DNA of 61,047 nt, counting the filler, from Dugesia japonica (Eukaryota): NCBI GenBank assembly GCA_001938525.1. It is 5 parts of 5 records of this genome, joined end to end, with 100 filler letters (N's around TTAATTAATTAA, not from the genome) between each part and the next. Parts side by side here need not be neighbours in the genome. Positions count along the whole stretch, not along the records: positions 1 to 9,432 come from MQRL01639887.1; positions 9,533 to 18,122 come from MQRL01589503.1; 3 more parts are not named here. One strand, given 5' to 3'. Within the stretch, counting starts at the first letter, position 1. Each line of letters begins with the position of its first letter. The notes beneath the pieces are model-generated. The model did no database searches, was not told where the DNA came from, and saw nothing but the letters and a program-made list of their open reading frames with translations. The position numbers and the translations under genes were made by a program. Shown piece by piece: positions 1 through 12,293 of this stretch.

Positions 1-199
1 ATAAACCAAAGACATTAAAAATAAAAATTTCAAAGTAAGAATATTTATTAAACTTAAAATTTTAATCTTCTTCATTCTAATCTTTTGCGTATTTTAGTCA
101 TTCACTATAATAAGAAACATTAACCAATCATTAACAATTAAATAATCAGGTACCTGTTATATCTTCAAATTTTTTCATATTTAAATTGGATCTGACATT

Positions 200-628
200 T
201 TACATTGATGCATTGAATCTATCCGAATTAAATTTGTTTTTGGCATCATTTTTGAATAATCTTTTGAAGGGGAATTTTGTCCTTTTGCAAACTATGCCGG
301 AATCTTTGTCAATTTTCCTTTTCTTGTGGGAAGGATAATCTAATGGAGTATGTGCATATACTTTATTTATCAAAGTTTCTTGCTTATCTGAAATAATTTA
401 ATTGTGAACAAGTAAAATAATTTTACCTCTTAAACTAGTGTCATCAACAAAACTCGGACTAGGCTCTAGATTTGCCATGTTTTCTAAACATTGAATCTTC
501 TGTTGACCAGAATATTCTTCAGTTGAATAGAGTTCTTTATTAATATATACTTGGAGACCATCCTCATCTTCGGATATATATTCCCATCCATCATCTATGA
601 TCGTTGAAATATTTAATACCTGTGTCAT
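200..628 (-). CDS. Putative two-exon orphan protein (~129 aa) with a LIR-like motif (DDGWEYI) and a basic NLS-like KKRK
   Basis: ATG at 626-628; a GT..AG intron at 388-426 (39 nt) joins ...DTSLR to DKQETL... in frame; TAA at 200-202. No family recognised. Confidence 0.45.
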
Positions 629-1429
629 TTTCAAAATAAATAATGAAAAATTATTGCAAATTTTGCTTATATATNNNNNNNNNNNNNNNNNNNNNNNNNN
701 NNNNNNNNNNNNNNNNNNNNNNNNNNNNNNNNNNNNNNNNNNNNNNNNNNNNNNNTTTACCGATATATCAAACCAATTATTCATTTCGATTAAAATGTTA
801 ATAATATTTTGTAAGTACTATATCAAATTCAATGGAAGATACGCATGCAAGGTTCTTATAAAAAAATATGTAAATTTAATAAATAATTTATTAGTTTCCT
901 TAAAGTTATATTATTGCATTTCAATGATTTGATGAAATTAATTTATGAACTTAATGTATATGTATTGAATTTATATATATGTATTAATGAAATCTGTATG
1001 CATTTATATGTTTTTATGAAATCTGTGTATGTTTGCATAAAATAAAAGTATATTAATAGTAGATAGATAATGTATAAATGAAATTGATGCGTGTTTCAAA
1101 TCGATGCAATTAAACAAACTAATTATTAATTAAATGCTAAATTTTAAATTATTAGTGACATATATTGAAACTATTAATAAATTTGTTTAAACTCATTGTT
1201 TGCACATAGTTATAACTTTTCAAATTCATTTTTAAGAAAAAATAAAATTTAACAAAAGAATCAAATAATAATCAAAACTTGTTGATAAAAGGAAATATAT
1301 ATTAGCGTGAAACTTTTTNAAAAAAAATTCATTATGTGTAGAACACTTTAAAAATAATAGGGATTTGACGGAATTATTTTAAGGTTTATGAGTATATAGG
1401 GTTTATGATGTTATTATCTGCATAATAAC

Positions 1430-1551
1430 CATGAAATGCACGTTCGAGGTATGCAAAATGCAGGCTCGTATCGAACAAAACGCATGCTCGTGTCATGCAA
1501 GATGAATGCTCATGACATGCAAAATGCTTGTTCATTGCATTCAAAATGCAT
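1430..1551. repeat. ~22-bp tandem repeat (ATGCAAAATGCAxGCTCRTxxC)
   Basis: Five to six degenerate units running into an N gap. Confidence 0.75.
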
Positions 1552-1810
1552 NNNNNNNNNNNNNNNNNNNNNNNNNNNNNNNNNNNNNNNNNNNNNNNNN
1601 NNNNNNNNNNTTCAGATAACAAATCATATCATTTAAAATTAAGTACACCCAATCATATAAATTGAAATGAATAATAACCAATCGTTTTCTTTAAAACAAG
1701 TAACGACTAATAGAAACTAGCAAACAGCGTGTATGTATGTATCTTAGGAAGTATAAAAACAGTAGCTTTCGTAAATTAAATCTGTTTTACAATTCAAAAT
1801 TTTTCTCAAC

Positions 1811-2059
1811 ATGTATCAATTGGAAAGAAAAATTCAAAAATTGTCGCATACAATTAACAGTGGATCCGTTGGCGATATTCAATTCCTAACGAAGATAGAA
1901 AATGGTCCGATGAGGAAACATGACTATGTTGAACTCTTAGTCCGAACAATATTCATGAAAAAAATTAAAGAAGAATTGAAAAAACAAAGGAGAATCAAAT
2001 ATGCTGCTATGACTATATTCACATCTGTTGTGTTGTTTTATTTGTTTAAAAGAAATTAA
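1811..2059 (+). CDS. Small intronless orphan protein (82 aa) with a C-terminal hydrophobic anchor, probably element-borne
   Basis: TATAAAA at 1752-1758, CAAC-ATG start context, AATAAA at 2084-2089 then a GT/T-rich tract; C-terminus YAAMTIFTSVVLFYLF-KRN. Confidence 0.55.
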   Translation: MYQLERKIQKLSHTINSGSVGDIQFLTKIENGPMRKHDYVELLVRTIFMKKIKEELKKQRRIKYAAMTIFTSVVLFYLFKRN

Positions 2060-2244
2060 TGTAATTATTGTTTTTTATTGTTTAATAAATGGAGTTGAAT
2101 AATAATTTTGGTTTTCATTTTGTTAGTCTTAGCAGTAGTGAGAAAACACATTTTGTATGTAGGTTGTTGCAGAGTTCATGGTTTTTTCAAGTAACTTTTT
2201 TTTATCAAGTATATTTATTTCAAAGAAAATAATACATAATTAAT

Positions 2245-2600
2245 TATGGGTATGATGTCTTTGATAGAAAAATTTTCAGAAAAAAGTATGACTCATCAAA
2301 ACAAAATTCAAAATGGCCGGAGGGTAGGGGGAGGTATAGGGTCTTTGTTGTGACTTGGAAAATTGTGAAAGAAAAAAGTATGACTCATCAAAACAAAATT
2401 CAAAATGGCCGGAGGGTGGGGGTTAAGGGAGGGGGTATGATGTCTTTGTTCTGACAGAAAAATTTTCAGAAAAAAGTATGACTCATCAAAACAAAATTTT
2501 AAATGGCTGGAGGGTAGGGGGTAGGGTGGGCGGTAGGGGGGTATGATGTCTTGTTCTGACAGAAAATTTTCAAAAAAAGTATGACTCATCTAAAAACAAA
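2245..2600. repeat. ~92-103-bp tandem repeat carrying AP-1-like, YY1-like and G-tract motifs
   Basis: TGACTCATC at ~2289, 2381, 2479 and 2582; AAAATGGCYG followed by G-runs after the first three. Confidence 0.85.
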
Positions 2601-3390
2601 AAAATTTTAAAATAAAAATTAAAAAGTGGACGGGGCAAAAAAAATTTTAAAAAAAATAAAATAATAATACAGGACAATTTATCTTTTTAATAGTTCCAAA
2701 ATGGCGCCATATTTGATTACGAAAAGTTTTGTGTTAATGAAATAGAAAAACTAATTTAATGTAAATGAAAAATATTAACAAATTTTAACTATATCTGGTA
2801 ATTGTAATTTCACGTAGTATAACTCTAATTGGCATTGGTTTCATGAATATCCCGATGAATATTTCCAATTATTATTGTGCACAATATTTTAGTACTAATA
2901 TTCTTTAGTAATAAAGAGTAAGAAAAAGGAAATAGAGATTGAAAGGGTTCGAATAAAATTAAATCAAATAATATATCATTCTGAGACATACATAAAAAAT
3001 AGCGGCTTGAGTACAATATTTATAAAAGTTTATTTAATTTAATTCTAAACTAAAAACAAAATTGTCCATTCAAATTTTATGCTCCGTAACCACTGTTTTA
3101 GTAACTTTTCTATTTTCAATTATGCTTAGTATTACATTTCATAGATTGCTTCGAACTAGACTTATTTCCACTTTGCTGCTCATTATGGCATTCAAATGAC
3201 TCGTTTGATGCAGATTTTTGTGTTTATTTTGTTACATTTTTGGGAAAATTTTTCAAACGTTTTTAATTTTGTGTTAAAACATAATAATTAAATATGGGAT
3301 ATTATTGTAATTATTTCATATTAAGTTGTAGTTTCAAAATTTTTGAAATAATTTTTGAAAATATTTAATTTTTTCTTAGATACATGTTAG

Positions 3391-6300
3391 TGTAGAAATA
3401 GATGTTGTTTAGTTGAACTAATTACTTTATCGGCAGTTTTTTAAAATATATTTCGTGTATCTAGATCCTTTTAGTTATCAAAACAACATGGTGTAAAGAG
3501 CAGTTTTGGAAGAACTTCTCAAATTCCTTCAAGGAAATACGAATTTCCACAAACAATTCCAGATAATAGACAATCTCCATAATCATATTTCGGAGATAGA
3601 GAAGTTTTTCAGATCAAAACATAGCTAACTCAATGGAAAAATCTGAAAAAATGATGAACAGTTTGCAAGAAAATTCAATGTTAGAATTAAGATCAATTTC
3701 AAATTTTAGATACAATATTTCAAATTATGATTGGATTAAAGAAGAGTTAATTAAATTATATCGCACAAAAACGACCAAGGTAAGTCCAATAATTAATGTG
3801 GTTAGTTGCAAGACAGTAAAATATGTCTATTCGCGAATATTTAACGACCGTTCGAGTTGCAGGCATGAAACAATTGCAAGATCATGATGATATAGAGCGA
3901 GAAGGGATCCTTATTATTATATTTTTAAAAGGGAAAAATAATCAAAATGCTGCCAAAGCGACTGAATTGATGAAAACAAAATCACTAGAAGAAGCGTTTA
4001 ATCTTATTAAAAAAAGAAGATAAAAAATTAGAAAGTTATTATGTGAGAAAGATTGACAATGAGATGGACAAAATAGAAATTTTAAAGAAACGAATATCCG
4101 ATTTAGAATATAAATAAGACAGATGAAAAAATATCATGTTATAAAATATCATCTTAACCATGAAAAAATATCAAAAGATTTTAAGAATAGAATCGATTGC
4201 TATAATTGCAAAGAAGAAGGGCACATTGCAAGAAACTGTTTAAAACCTCTTAGATGTAATAATTGTAAGAAGACTGGACATATATCTAGATTTTGCAAAG
4301 GTAATGACAAAGTCCAACAAAAACAAAATATTCGGCAATTCCATGATACAAATTTTAATCACGAAATCGAATATGACGAAAGCTCTTGTGAAAACGATAG
4401 TATTATTACTGATTATAAAAGTAAAACCGAGGAAGAAATGGATTATTTAAAATAGTAGCAAGTAAAAGAAAAACTTTAAAAAATTCTAGACCAGAAATAA
4501 AATATCCAGACGATATTATTCAAATTGAGCAATTCATCAACTGATCAAGAAAAACTAATCCAATAAATGGGGCTACAAAAACGATGATATCGGAGAGCAG
4601 AAAGTATAATCCAATTATTAGAGGTTATATAGAAGATAAAGATGAAAAGATATTCATTGATTCAGGAGCAGAATCAAGTATTATCGACTATGGACTATTC
4701 CAGAAACTACGAGAAAGAGAAGGACTCAAACTATAGTGATCCGACAAAGTGTTAAATTGTGCTAATAGGTCAAATATAAAGGTAATTGGTAATTCTATGT
4801 TAAAAGTGAAAATAGGAAATAAAACTAGTAGAGTTAAGATGATAGTAGTTGATAAATTATTTCCTCGAGTAATTAAAGGGATTAAAGAAATGAAAAGTCT
4901 GAATATTACAGTGATGCCAGCTAATGACTCCATTTTTGTAGATGAAGAACAAATCCTGTTTATCTCTAAAGTAAGAGAGACGGAAAACTAGAACGCTCAG
5001 CTTATGAGAGTCCAGAAGCTGATGCGAACCATTACAGAAGGGCTCAAATTTGTAATATTAGAATACATTTAGATAGAGCTGTGGTAGTGCGTCCTAGAGA
5101 AGAAATAAACGTTTTAGCTAGAATTGATAGCCACGTATTTAATTTAGATAATGTTTTATTTAGTCCATATAAAGATATGTTGGCAGGTAGAGGTCTTTTA
5201 GCGGGAAATAGTATTTCAAATGTAACTGAGGATGGCAGAATACCAATAAGAATAAAAATATATAACATCGAAAGATTACGATATTTAAAGACACGAAAAT
5301 GGGTACTGTGGAACCACTAATAGAGACAGACCACATCAAAGTTACGAAAATGGAAATACAGATCATGTCCAATGTATTTTGAAATCATTAGCTACGAATA
5401 CAACAAATAGAATTGAGAAAATGAAGATATAAAATATTATTGTGGAATTCGCGGATGTTTTNAGTAGAAACAAAAACGATATAGATCATTGTAAAATGGT
5501 GAAGCATGAAATTGATCTAATTGATGCAAGTCCTATTGCACAACAAGCGAGACGAGACCTCCTCCATTTAGAAAGTCAAGTTGATGGAATGATAAATGAA
5601 TTTAAAAAACAATGGCATTGTCCAAAAGAGCTCAAGTCCATGGTCATTACCAATCGTTATTTGTCAAAAAAAGAGCGGAGATATAAGACTATGCGTGATT
5701 ATCGAAAACTTAATTCAGTAACAAAAAGTCCCATTTACCCAATTTCAGACAACCAGCAACTTTTTCACTCATTATCAGGGGCAAGATATTTCAGTGCTTT
5801 AGATTTATCAAGCGGTTACTACAATATTGAGTTAAATGAACATGATAAAGAAAAAGCAGCATTTGCAACTAGAAGAGGACAATATGAATTTAACAGATTG
5901 GCTTTTGGATTATGTGGAGCACCCGCAACGTTTCAGAGATTAATGCATCTCATTGTACGAGAAGAAAATTTTGAAAAATGTGTAATATACTTAGATGACA
6001 TTCTCATCTTTGGAAAAGAATTTGAAGAACATAACGAGAGACTAAGAACAGTATTAGAGAAAATACGACAAGCAGGAGTCAAATTATCACCTACAAAGTG
6101 CACTTTTCTTCGAAATTCAGTTAAATATTTGGGTCATATTATATTTGAAAGAATTGAAACATATACAGATAAAATTATAGCAGTTCAAAATTGGCAGCCA
6201 CCACAAACAAATGAAGATCTGCAATGTTTCTTAGGATTCTGTAACTATTACAGAAAATTTGTTGAGAACTATGCCGTCATAGTTAGGCCTTTAGAAGAAA

Positions 6301-8102
6301 TTCTTAAAGAAGATAATATTGGAAATAGGAAAAAGATCGTAAATCTAAAATGGAAAGAGGAACACACAGTGTCATTTTCAAAGCTAAAAGACGCTTTGAC
6401 AAATTCAACAGTTCTAGTTTTCCCGAATCAAACAGACACTTTTGTATTGGATACTGATGCTGGCCATCATGCTACTGGGGCAGTTCTGAGCCAGTTACTA
6501 AATAATGAAGAGAAAGTTATCTGCTATGAATCAAAAAATTTTACAATAACAGAGGAGATGTACTGTGTAATTAGGAAAGAACTCCTGGCAAAAAATTTAT
6601 CATACGGACGGACCATAAAAGTTTAACATGGATGCTGAATTTAAAAAAGCGAAATACCTCCCAATATTGCTCATGAATTAGAGGCTTACGATTTTCAACA
6701 TAGATCTAGAAAATTTCATGTGAATGCGCGGACGCTTTATCTAGAGAAAACAATTTGAACAATGCTATATAAAAGATAAAGACCCGAAAAAGAAACGGAA
6801 TATATAGGTGGTAAAATCAATAGTTGAAAACGAAAAAATAAATTATCGTGAAATCCAAGAGATTGAGATAAAACTAGAAACCTGCGATACGAATAGAGTA
6901 AATGAATTATTAAATTATTTTCACAATAGATTGGGAAATCCAAGTGGAAGACAGACTCTGCATAATGTACAAAGATACCACCAGTGGAATAACGTGAAAA
7001 TTGACATAGATACATTCATTAACAATTGTATTCCATATGCAAAAAGAAAAGAAGGAAATAAACTAGGATGTAAGATCAAATTAGCATTCACAGACCATTA
7101 ACAACAGTAGCCGGTTATTCCTACATCTTAGGCATAATATACGTATACTCCAGGTATGTTTCATTAATCCCGATGAAAAATATTACCGCAGAGGGGATCA
7201 CAAAATCTATTCTAGAAAGATGGATAGCATATTTCGGAATTCCTAAAATCATTCATTCAGATAATGGAACACAATTTAAGTCATAATCAATGAACAGATT
7301 ATGCAAGGAGCTACAGATAAGCCAATCATTTTCGTCTCCATATTACCATGAGGGAAATGGACTAATATAACGGGAATTCGGAACAACAAAAGATAAAATA
7401 TTTACGATGAGCCAATCGAATAAACAAAATTGGGTAGAAACTTTACCATTTCTTTTTGAAATGAGCATGCGATCAGCTAAATCAAAGAAACATAATATTT
7501 CACCATTCGAAATAATATTTGGTACTGAAATAAGATTAATTACTAGGATCGCTTCTGGAGAAATAAAGAATCAGAAAACAAATGAACAGGCAAAGAAAGA
7601 GTTTGCAGAAAAAAATATTAAGAAAAAAAGGAATCAGCTAAAAATACTGGAAGAACCACGAACAGAACAAAACAAAGCCAAGTAGGGGATTTGGTTATGG
7701 TAAAAACCAACGAGAGAGTTATGCTTAGGAGGCGATTCTTAGGACCGTGTAAAGTTAATGATATTTTACCTAATAATAATTTAGAGCTTTCGCTGAACAA
7801 TAAAAGAATAACAAAGAATATTCACCAAGTAAAACTATTCAAGGGAGAGATTCGACAAACAAGTTACAAATCTGAGTCTATCGTCAGTAGAACAACGAGA
7901 CCTAATATATTAGAGTTGGAGAAAACCGAAAATAAAGACAGGCGCTACCCAATTCGAGAGCGAAAAGTAAATCCTAAATACCAACAATATATCCGAGAAG
8001 GGGATGTAGAAATAGATGTTGTTTAGTCAAACTAATTACGTTATCAATAGTTTTTTAAAATATATTTCGTGTATTTAGTTCTTTTTAGTTATCAAAACAA
8101 CA
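3391..8102 (+). mobile_element. Full-length decayed Ty3/gypsy LTR retrotransposon (gag with CCHC knuckles, PR, RT, RNase H, IN)
   Basis: 98-bp TG..CA LTRs at 3391-3488 and 8005-8102 (9 mismatches); TSD GTTAG at 3386-3390 and 8103-8107; PBS-like TGGTGT at 3489; PPT GAGAAGGGGA; motifs CYNCKEEGHIARNC, FIDSGA, YLDD, LDTDA, HSDNGTQF, GPCKV. Confidence 0.96.
5442..6626 (+). pseudogene. Gypsy pol RT-RNase H segment
   Basis: DYRKLN, LDLSSGY, FGLCGAPATFQR, YLDDILIF, FLGFCNYYRKF, LDTDAG; frameshifts around it. Confidence 0.93.
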
Positions 8103-8312
8103 GTTAGGTCTCCCAAAATTTTTTTATTTGCAATGGTTCTACTGATCTATAAAATTTGGAAACTGATCTAAATAAACCAGTTTCTAGACTAAAAATTATG
8201 ATAAAAACCATTGAATTATAATTTGAAAATTTGCATATTACGTATTTATTAAATTACTAAATATACGTCATTTACATAAACAATTTATTAATTCATAATT
8301 TTATTTAATCAG

Positions 8313-8865
8313 GTAGTGTGGAAACTGGTCGAAAAATAATGAATTTTGGATCAAATACATTAAAACAACTGACTCTTGAACTCGGTGGTAAATCGCCCCT
8401 GATTATTTTTGATGATACAGATATGAGTGAAGCAATTAAGGGTACATTATTAGCAAACTTTTTAACACAAGGTGAAGTGTGTTCAAATGGAACAAGAGTT
8501 TATATTCAATCAAAAATTTATTCTGAATTTGAAACACAGCTTGTTAAGGCTGTTCAAACATTAAAAATAGGTGACCCGTTTGATCCTTCTATTTCAATTG
8601 GTGCTATTATAAGTGAAGATCAATATAACACTATCATGGGCTTTATTAATTCAGCAAAAGATGATGGTGCAAAAGTATTATACGGAGGAACACCAATTAT
8701 CTTTAGTGAAAATTCTCCACTCGCTGGTGGCAAATTTATCAAACCATGTGTCATAAGCAAATGTACTGATACAATGAAAGTTGTGAAAGAAGAAATATTT
8801 GGTCCTGTGGCTTGTTTAATGCCATTTGAATCAGAAAACGAGGTTATTGCAAGAGCTAATGAGAG
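8313..8865 (+). CDS. ALDH9A1: Aldehyde dehydrogenase family 9 (TMABA/betaine aldehyde dehydrogenase), internal exon
   Basis: AG acceptor at 8311-8312 and GT donor at 8866; GSVETG, TLELGGKSPLIIF, ANFLTQGEVCSNGTR (catalytic Cys), EEIFGPV. Other exons not found in this segment. Confidence 0.9.
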
Positions 8866-9432
8866 GTTGACTTTTTAATTATTCATTTATAATAATATCA
8901 CTAGTTAATATCACATAAACTTAAAATGATAAAAATGAAATAATAATTGTAATTATTGCTTACATTAATGATTGTTATTGATATTATGCTAGAAACTATA
9001 GTTTGTTATCATGGTCTATCAATTATTAATATTAATTATTAATTTCGCTTTTGTTAAAGGGGACTCAATGATCTGTTAATATTTTAATCATTATTACTAA
9101 TTGAATCAATAACGATTTGTTCAAACCAAAATCATAGGAAAAAAAATTATTATTTAATTAAATTTACTTACCTATCTTTCAATTTAAATTAATTAAAAAG
9201 AATTAATTCCAAAAAATTCATTAATTTTTAAAAACTTAATCAAAAATTTCTTAAAAATTAATAGCTCTGCAGTAATTGAGAAATAATAATTAGAAATAAA
9301 TAAAATAAACAAAGTAAATTTATAAATATAAATTTAAATTAACTCCATAAGCTCAAAATAAATTGAAACATATTAAACTGTAAATTTTAATTGTATATAA
9401 TAATGTAAATATAATTGTAAAATTAAATTATG

Positions 9433-9532
9433 NNNNNNNNNNNNNNNNNNNNNNNNNNNNNNNNNNNNNNNNNNNNTTAATTAATTAANNNNNNNNNNNN
9501 NNNNNNNNNNNNNNNNNNNNNNNNNNNNNNNN
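9433..9532. other. Artificial contig linker (44 N + TTAATTAATTAA + 44 N)
   Basis: The same 100-bp structure occurs four times; the 12-mer gives stops in all six frames. Confidence 0.95.
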
Positions 9533-10817
9533 TTACAACTCAAGTGTTAATTTTTATGGAAACAAATAACAAAATAAAAGATTCTGAGGAAACTACTTAC
9601 ATGAGTAAAATCAATTTTCAAAACAAAATTTTGGTCGAAGCTTTCAATTTAATGAAATAAAAAACGAAATTCAAAAAACTACAAAACAATTAAACCAGTT
9701 GAAAATTCCAAGTAAATCTTTTTTTCTTTTCATGGTTAATAATAATTAAATAACTATAAGAAGCTCTATTAATTTTTAAAAACTTTTTTTCAATTTTTGT
9801 TTGAAAATTTTGTTTTTGTGAATTTTAAGAAACGTTATAAAGTTTTAAAAAATGATTGTGAAAATTTTTATAGTAATTTGAAATCAAATTTAAATTAAAT
9901 TAAAAATAAAGAGATAAAAATAAAAGCAAATTTTTTTAAATAATAGTTTTTATTTAGTAATACTTTTGATTTAAATAAACGTTTACGGATTCATTTTGTT
10001 TTAGAAACTCAACAAACATTGATAAGTTTTTCATAAAAATAATAGAACGCCATTTTTGAAAAATATTTATTAGTTGAAATCAATTTCGACGGAATAACCG
10101 TCATCATCAGGCAATTAAAGAATACAAAAACAAACTATTTACAAAGTTTAAATTACTTTATAAATTCAATTATGCAATCTCAATAAATAATCAATAAAAT
10201 AATTTTAATTGCGATGTTGAATCCGTCAACTGAAAATTAATCTTAGGATTTAATGACCTTATCAACAAATCTTCACACATCACTCTATCCCATTTAGTTT
10301 TGATGATTTAAATATTCAAACGCTAAATAATATGGAACAACAAATAGAGAACGTGTTTATCATCAATAGAAAGAAAGGATTCTCTCATAATTTTTCATCG
10401 AAAAATTTGATTTCAATATTCTTAATCATAGAATTGGCTAATTTTAAATTCGTTTCCATTAGGATAATAGAAAGAGAAATTATTATTTCAATAATTCGGA
10501 AAAGAATAAAAATGTTGAACAATAGTTGTTTTCAATAAAACAAATAGTTATCATTTGACTCATTTTTGTTGTTTGTTTGCAACTGNTAATCNAGAAAAGT
10601 AAACAATCATTTTTTTAAAGAATTATAAAGTTGAATTTTAAATTTTAAAACATATTCACAGAAAAGTAAAATTAGTAAAACGGAAACCATTTTATTTATT
10701 AACAAAAAAACCAATTGTCGACATGTTAGAATTATTTTTTTATTATAATCAAAATAAAGTCTGAGATATTTAATGATTATTTATTTTAAAAAAAACCTAA
10801 AAACAAGATTTTATTTT

Positions 10818-11240
10818 AATTTTACAATTATAATTATTACGAAAATAATTGTTGGACATAACAATTGATCATATTTGAGATTTTATTAAATTAAAAGAAC
10901 TTCACTTTCTTTTTGCTTAAAGTGTTCTTAAATATTTTCAACACAAACATAACATTTTACTAGAACAACNTAANATAACATGGAACAAATAGGAATAAGC
11001 TGCTAAATNTTCGCATTTCATAGAAATAAACATGAAAAATTTCTAATTAAAAAAGATAAACCTAAAATCAATGTAATTTATAATAATTAAATAAATTAAC
11101 CAATTAAAATTCAATAAAATAAAATTAATTACAAAAAATTTTCTATTATTATAATAAACCTTAAATAAATCAAAATGTTAAATTCTGAAGAGAGAAATCG
11201 AAAATTTGAAATACTAACAACAACTAATTTTCTAATAATT
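10818..11240. mobile_element. Degenerate copy of the foldback/MITE family
   Basis: TTTTACAATT..AATAATTGTTGG left arm and an inverted TTCTGAAGAG..TCGAAAATT arm, similar to the copies at 45640-51076. Confidence 0.55.
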
Positions 11241-12293
11241 TGTATTTTTTCACTTGTTTATAATAGATATTATTTTTAAAGACAATTTTTTTGAAACAAA
11301 ATGATATTTATTTGCAAAAAAAATTTACAAAAATCGGATAATAAATATTATTAAACAAAAAATGCATTAACGTGTTTAATTAGAAGTTTTTGATTTGCTT
11401 TCGTTTATATTTTCTTTATAATTTAACAAAATGTTCTGTAGNAAACTAAAAACTACAATCTGTGACAATATTTCTTTGAATTAATTGTTATTATTCAAAT
11501 TTAAGATTTTTCCTACTCTCTTAGTATAGTTACTTCCCAAAATTATCACATTTTGACTTTCAAACCTTTTCTTCTCTTCACAATTCCTTAGTACACAACA
11601 CTGTTCTTAATTCCATCGGATCCATGACGATTAAATTTAGATAAATAGAAAAATATTACATTTTCTCAATTAATAAAGTTGCAATTTTTGTTAGTCTAAT
11701 GATATATTCTACTAATTTGTATTAGTAGACTTTAATTGATAGCATTAAAANNNNNNNNNNNNNNNNNNNNNNNNNNNNNNNNNNNNNNNNNNNNNNNNNN
11801 NNNNNNATTTATTTTAAATTTTTACATGTTTAATATATTATGTTCTTTTTTATTTTAATATTTAATTTTATTAAAATTAAATAAATAGATAAAGCATAGA
11901 AACGTCTAATAAATTCTTAAGTAGCACAGTGAATAAAATATTATAAAAATTAAAAAAATTTATATAATTTATTATTTCATTATTTAAATGACCATAAGGA
12001 TTAAGAGTAAAAGGACATAAAGATATATTCAAGATATAACCATAACAACTATTAGACAATTTTCATAGAGACGTAGTATTAAACGTATTTCTGCACTTAT
12101 CTGTGAAAAAAATGTATTGTTTCTAAAGTATTTTTAGAAAATATTATTAGAAATATTTTGACATATATTGAGTATGCCGAAAAGAAAATAGTCACAGTTA
12201 TGAAAGTTGTATGTCAGAGATGTGTTCTTTAACAATTTCAATAATTATGTTTTCGTTATTCAAGATCAAATAACTAAATATTAAACCACTTAC

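Noticed and set aside
9102-10000. Inverted similarity across the first linker as proof of true adjacency
   Set aside because: Arms are diverged and AT-rich, contigs commonly break in the same repeat family, and missing 3' exons argue against adjacency.
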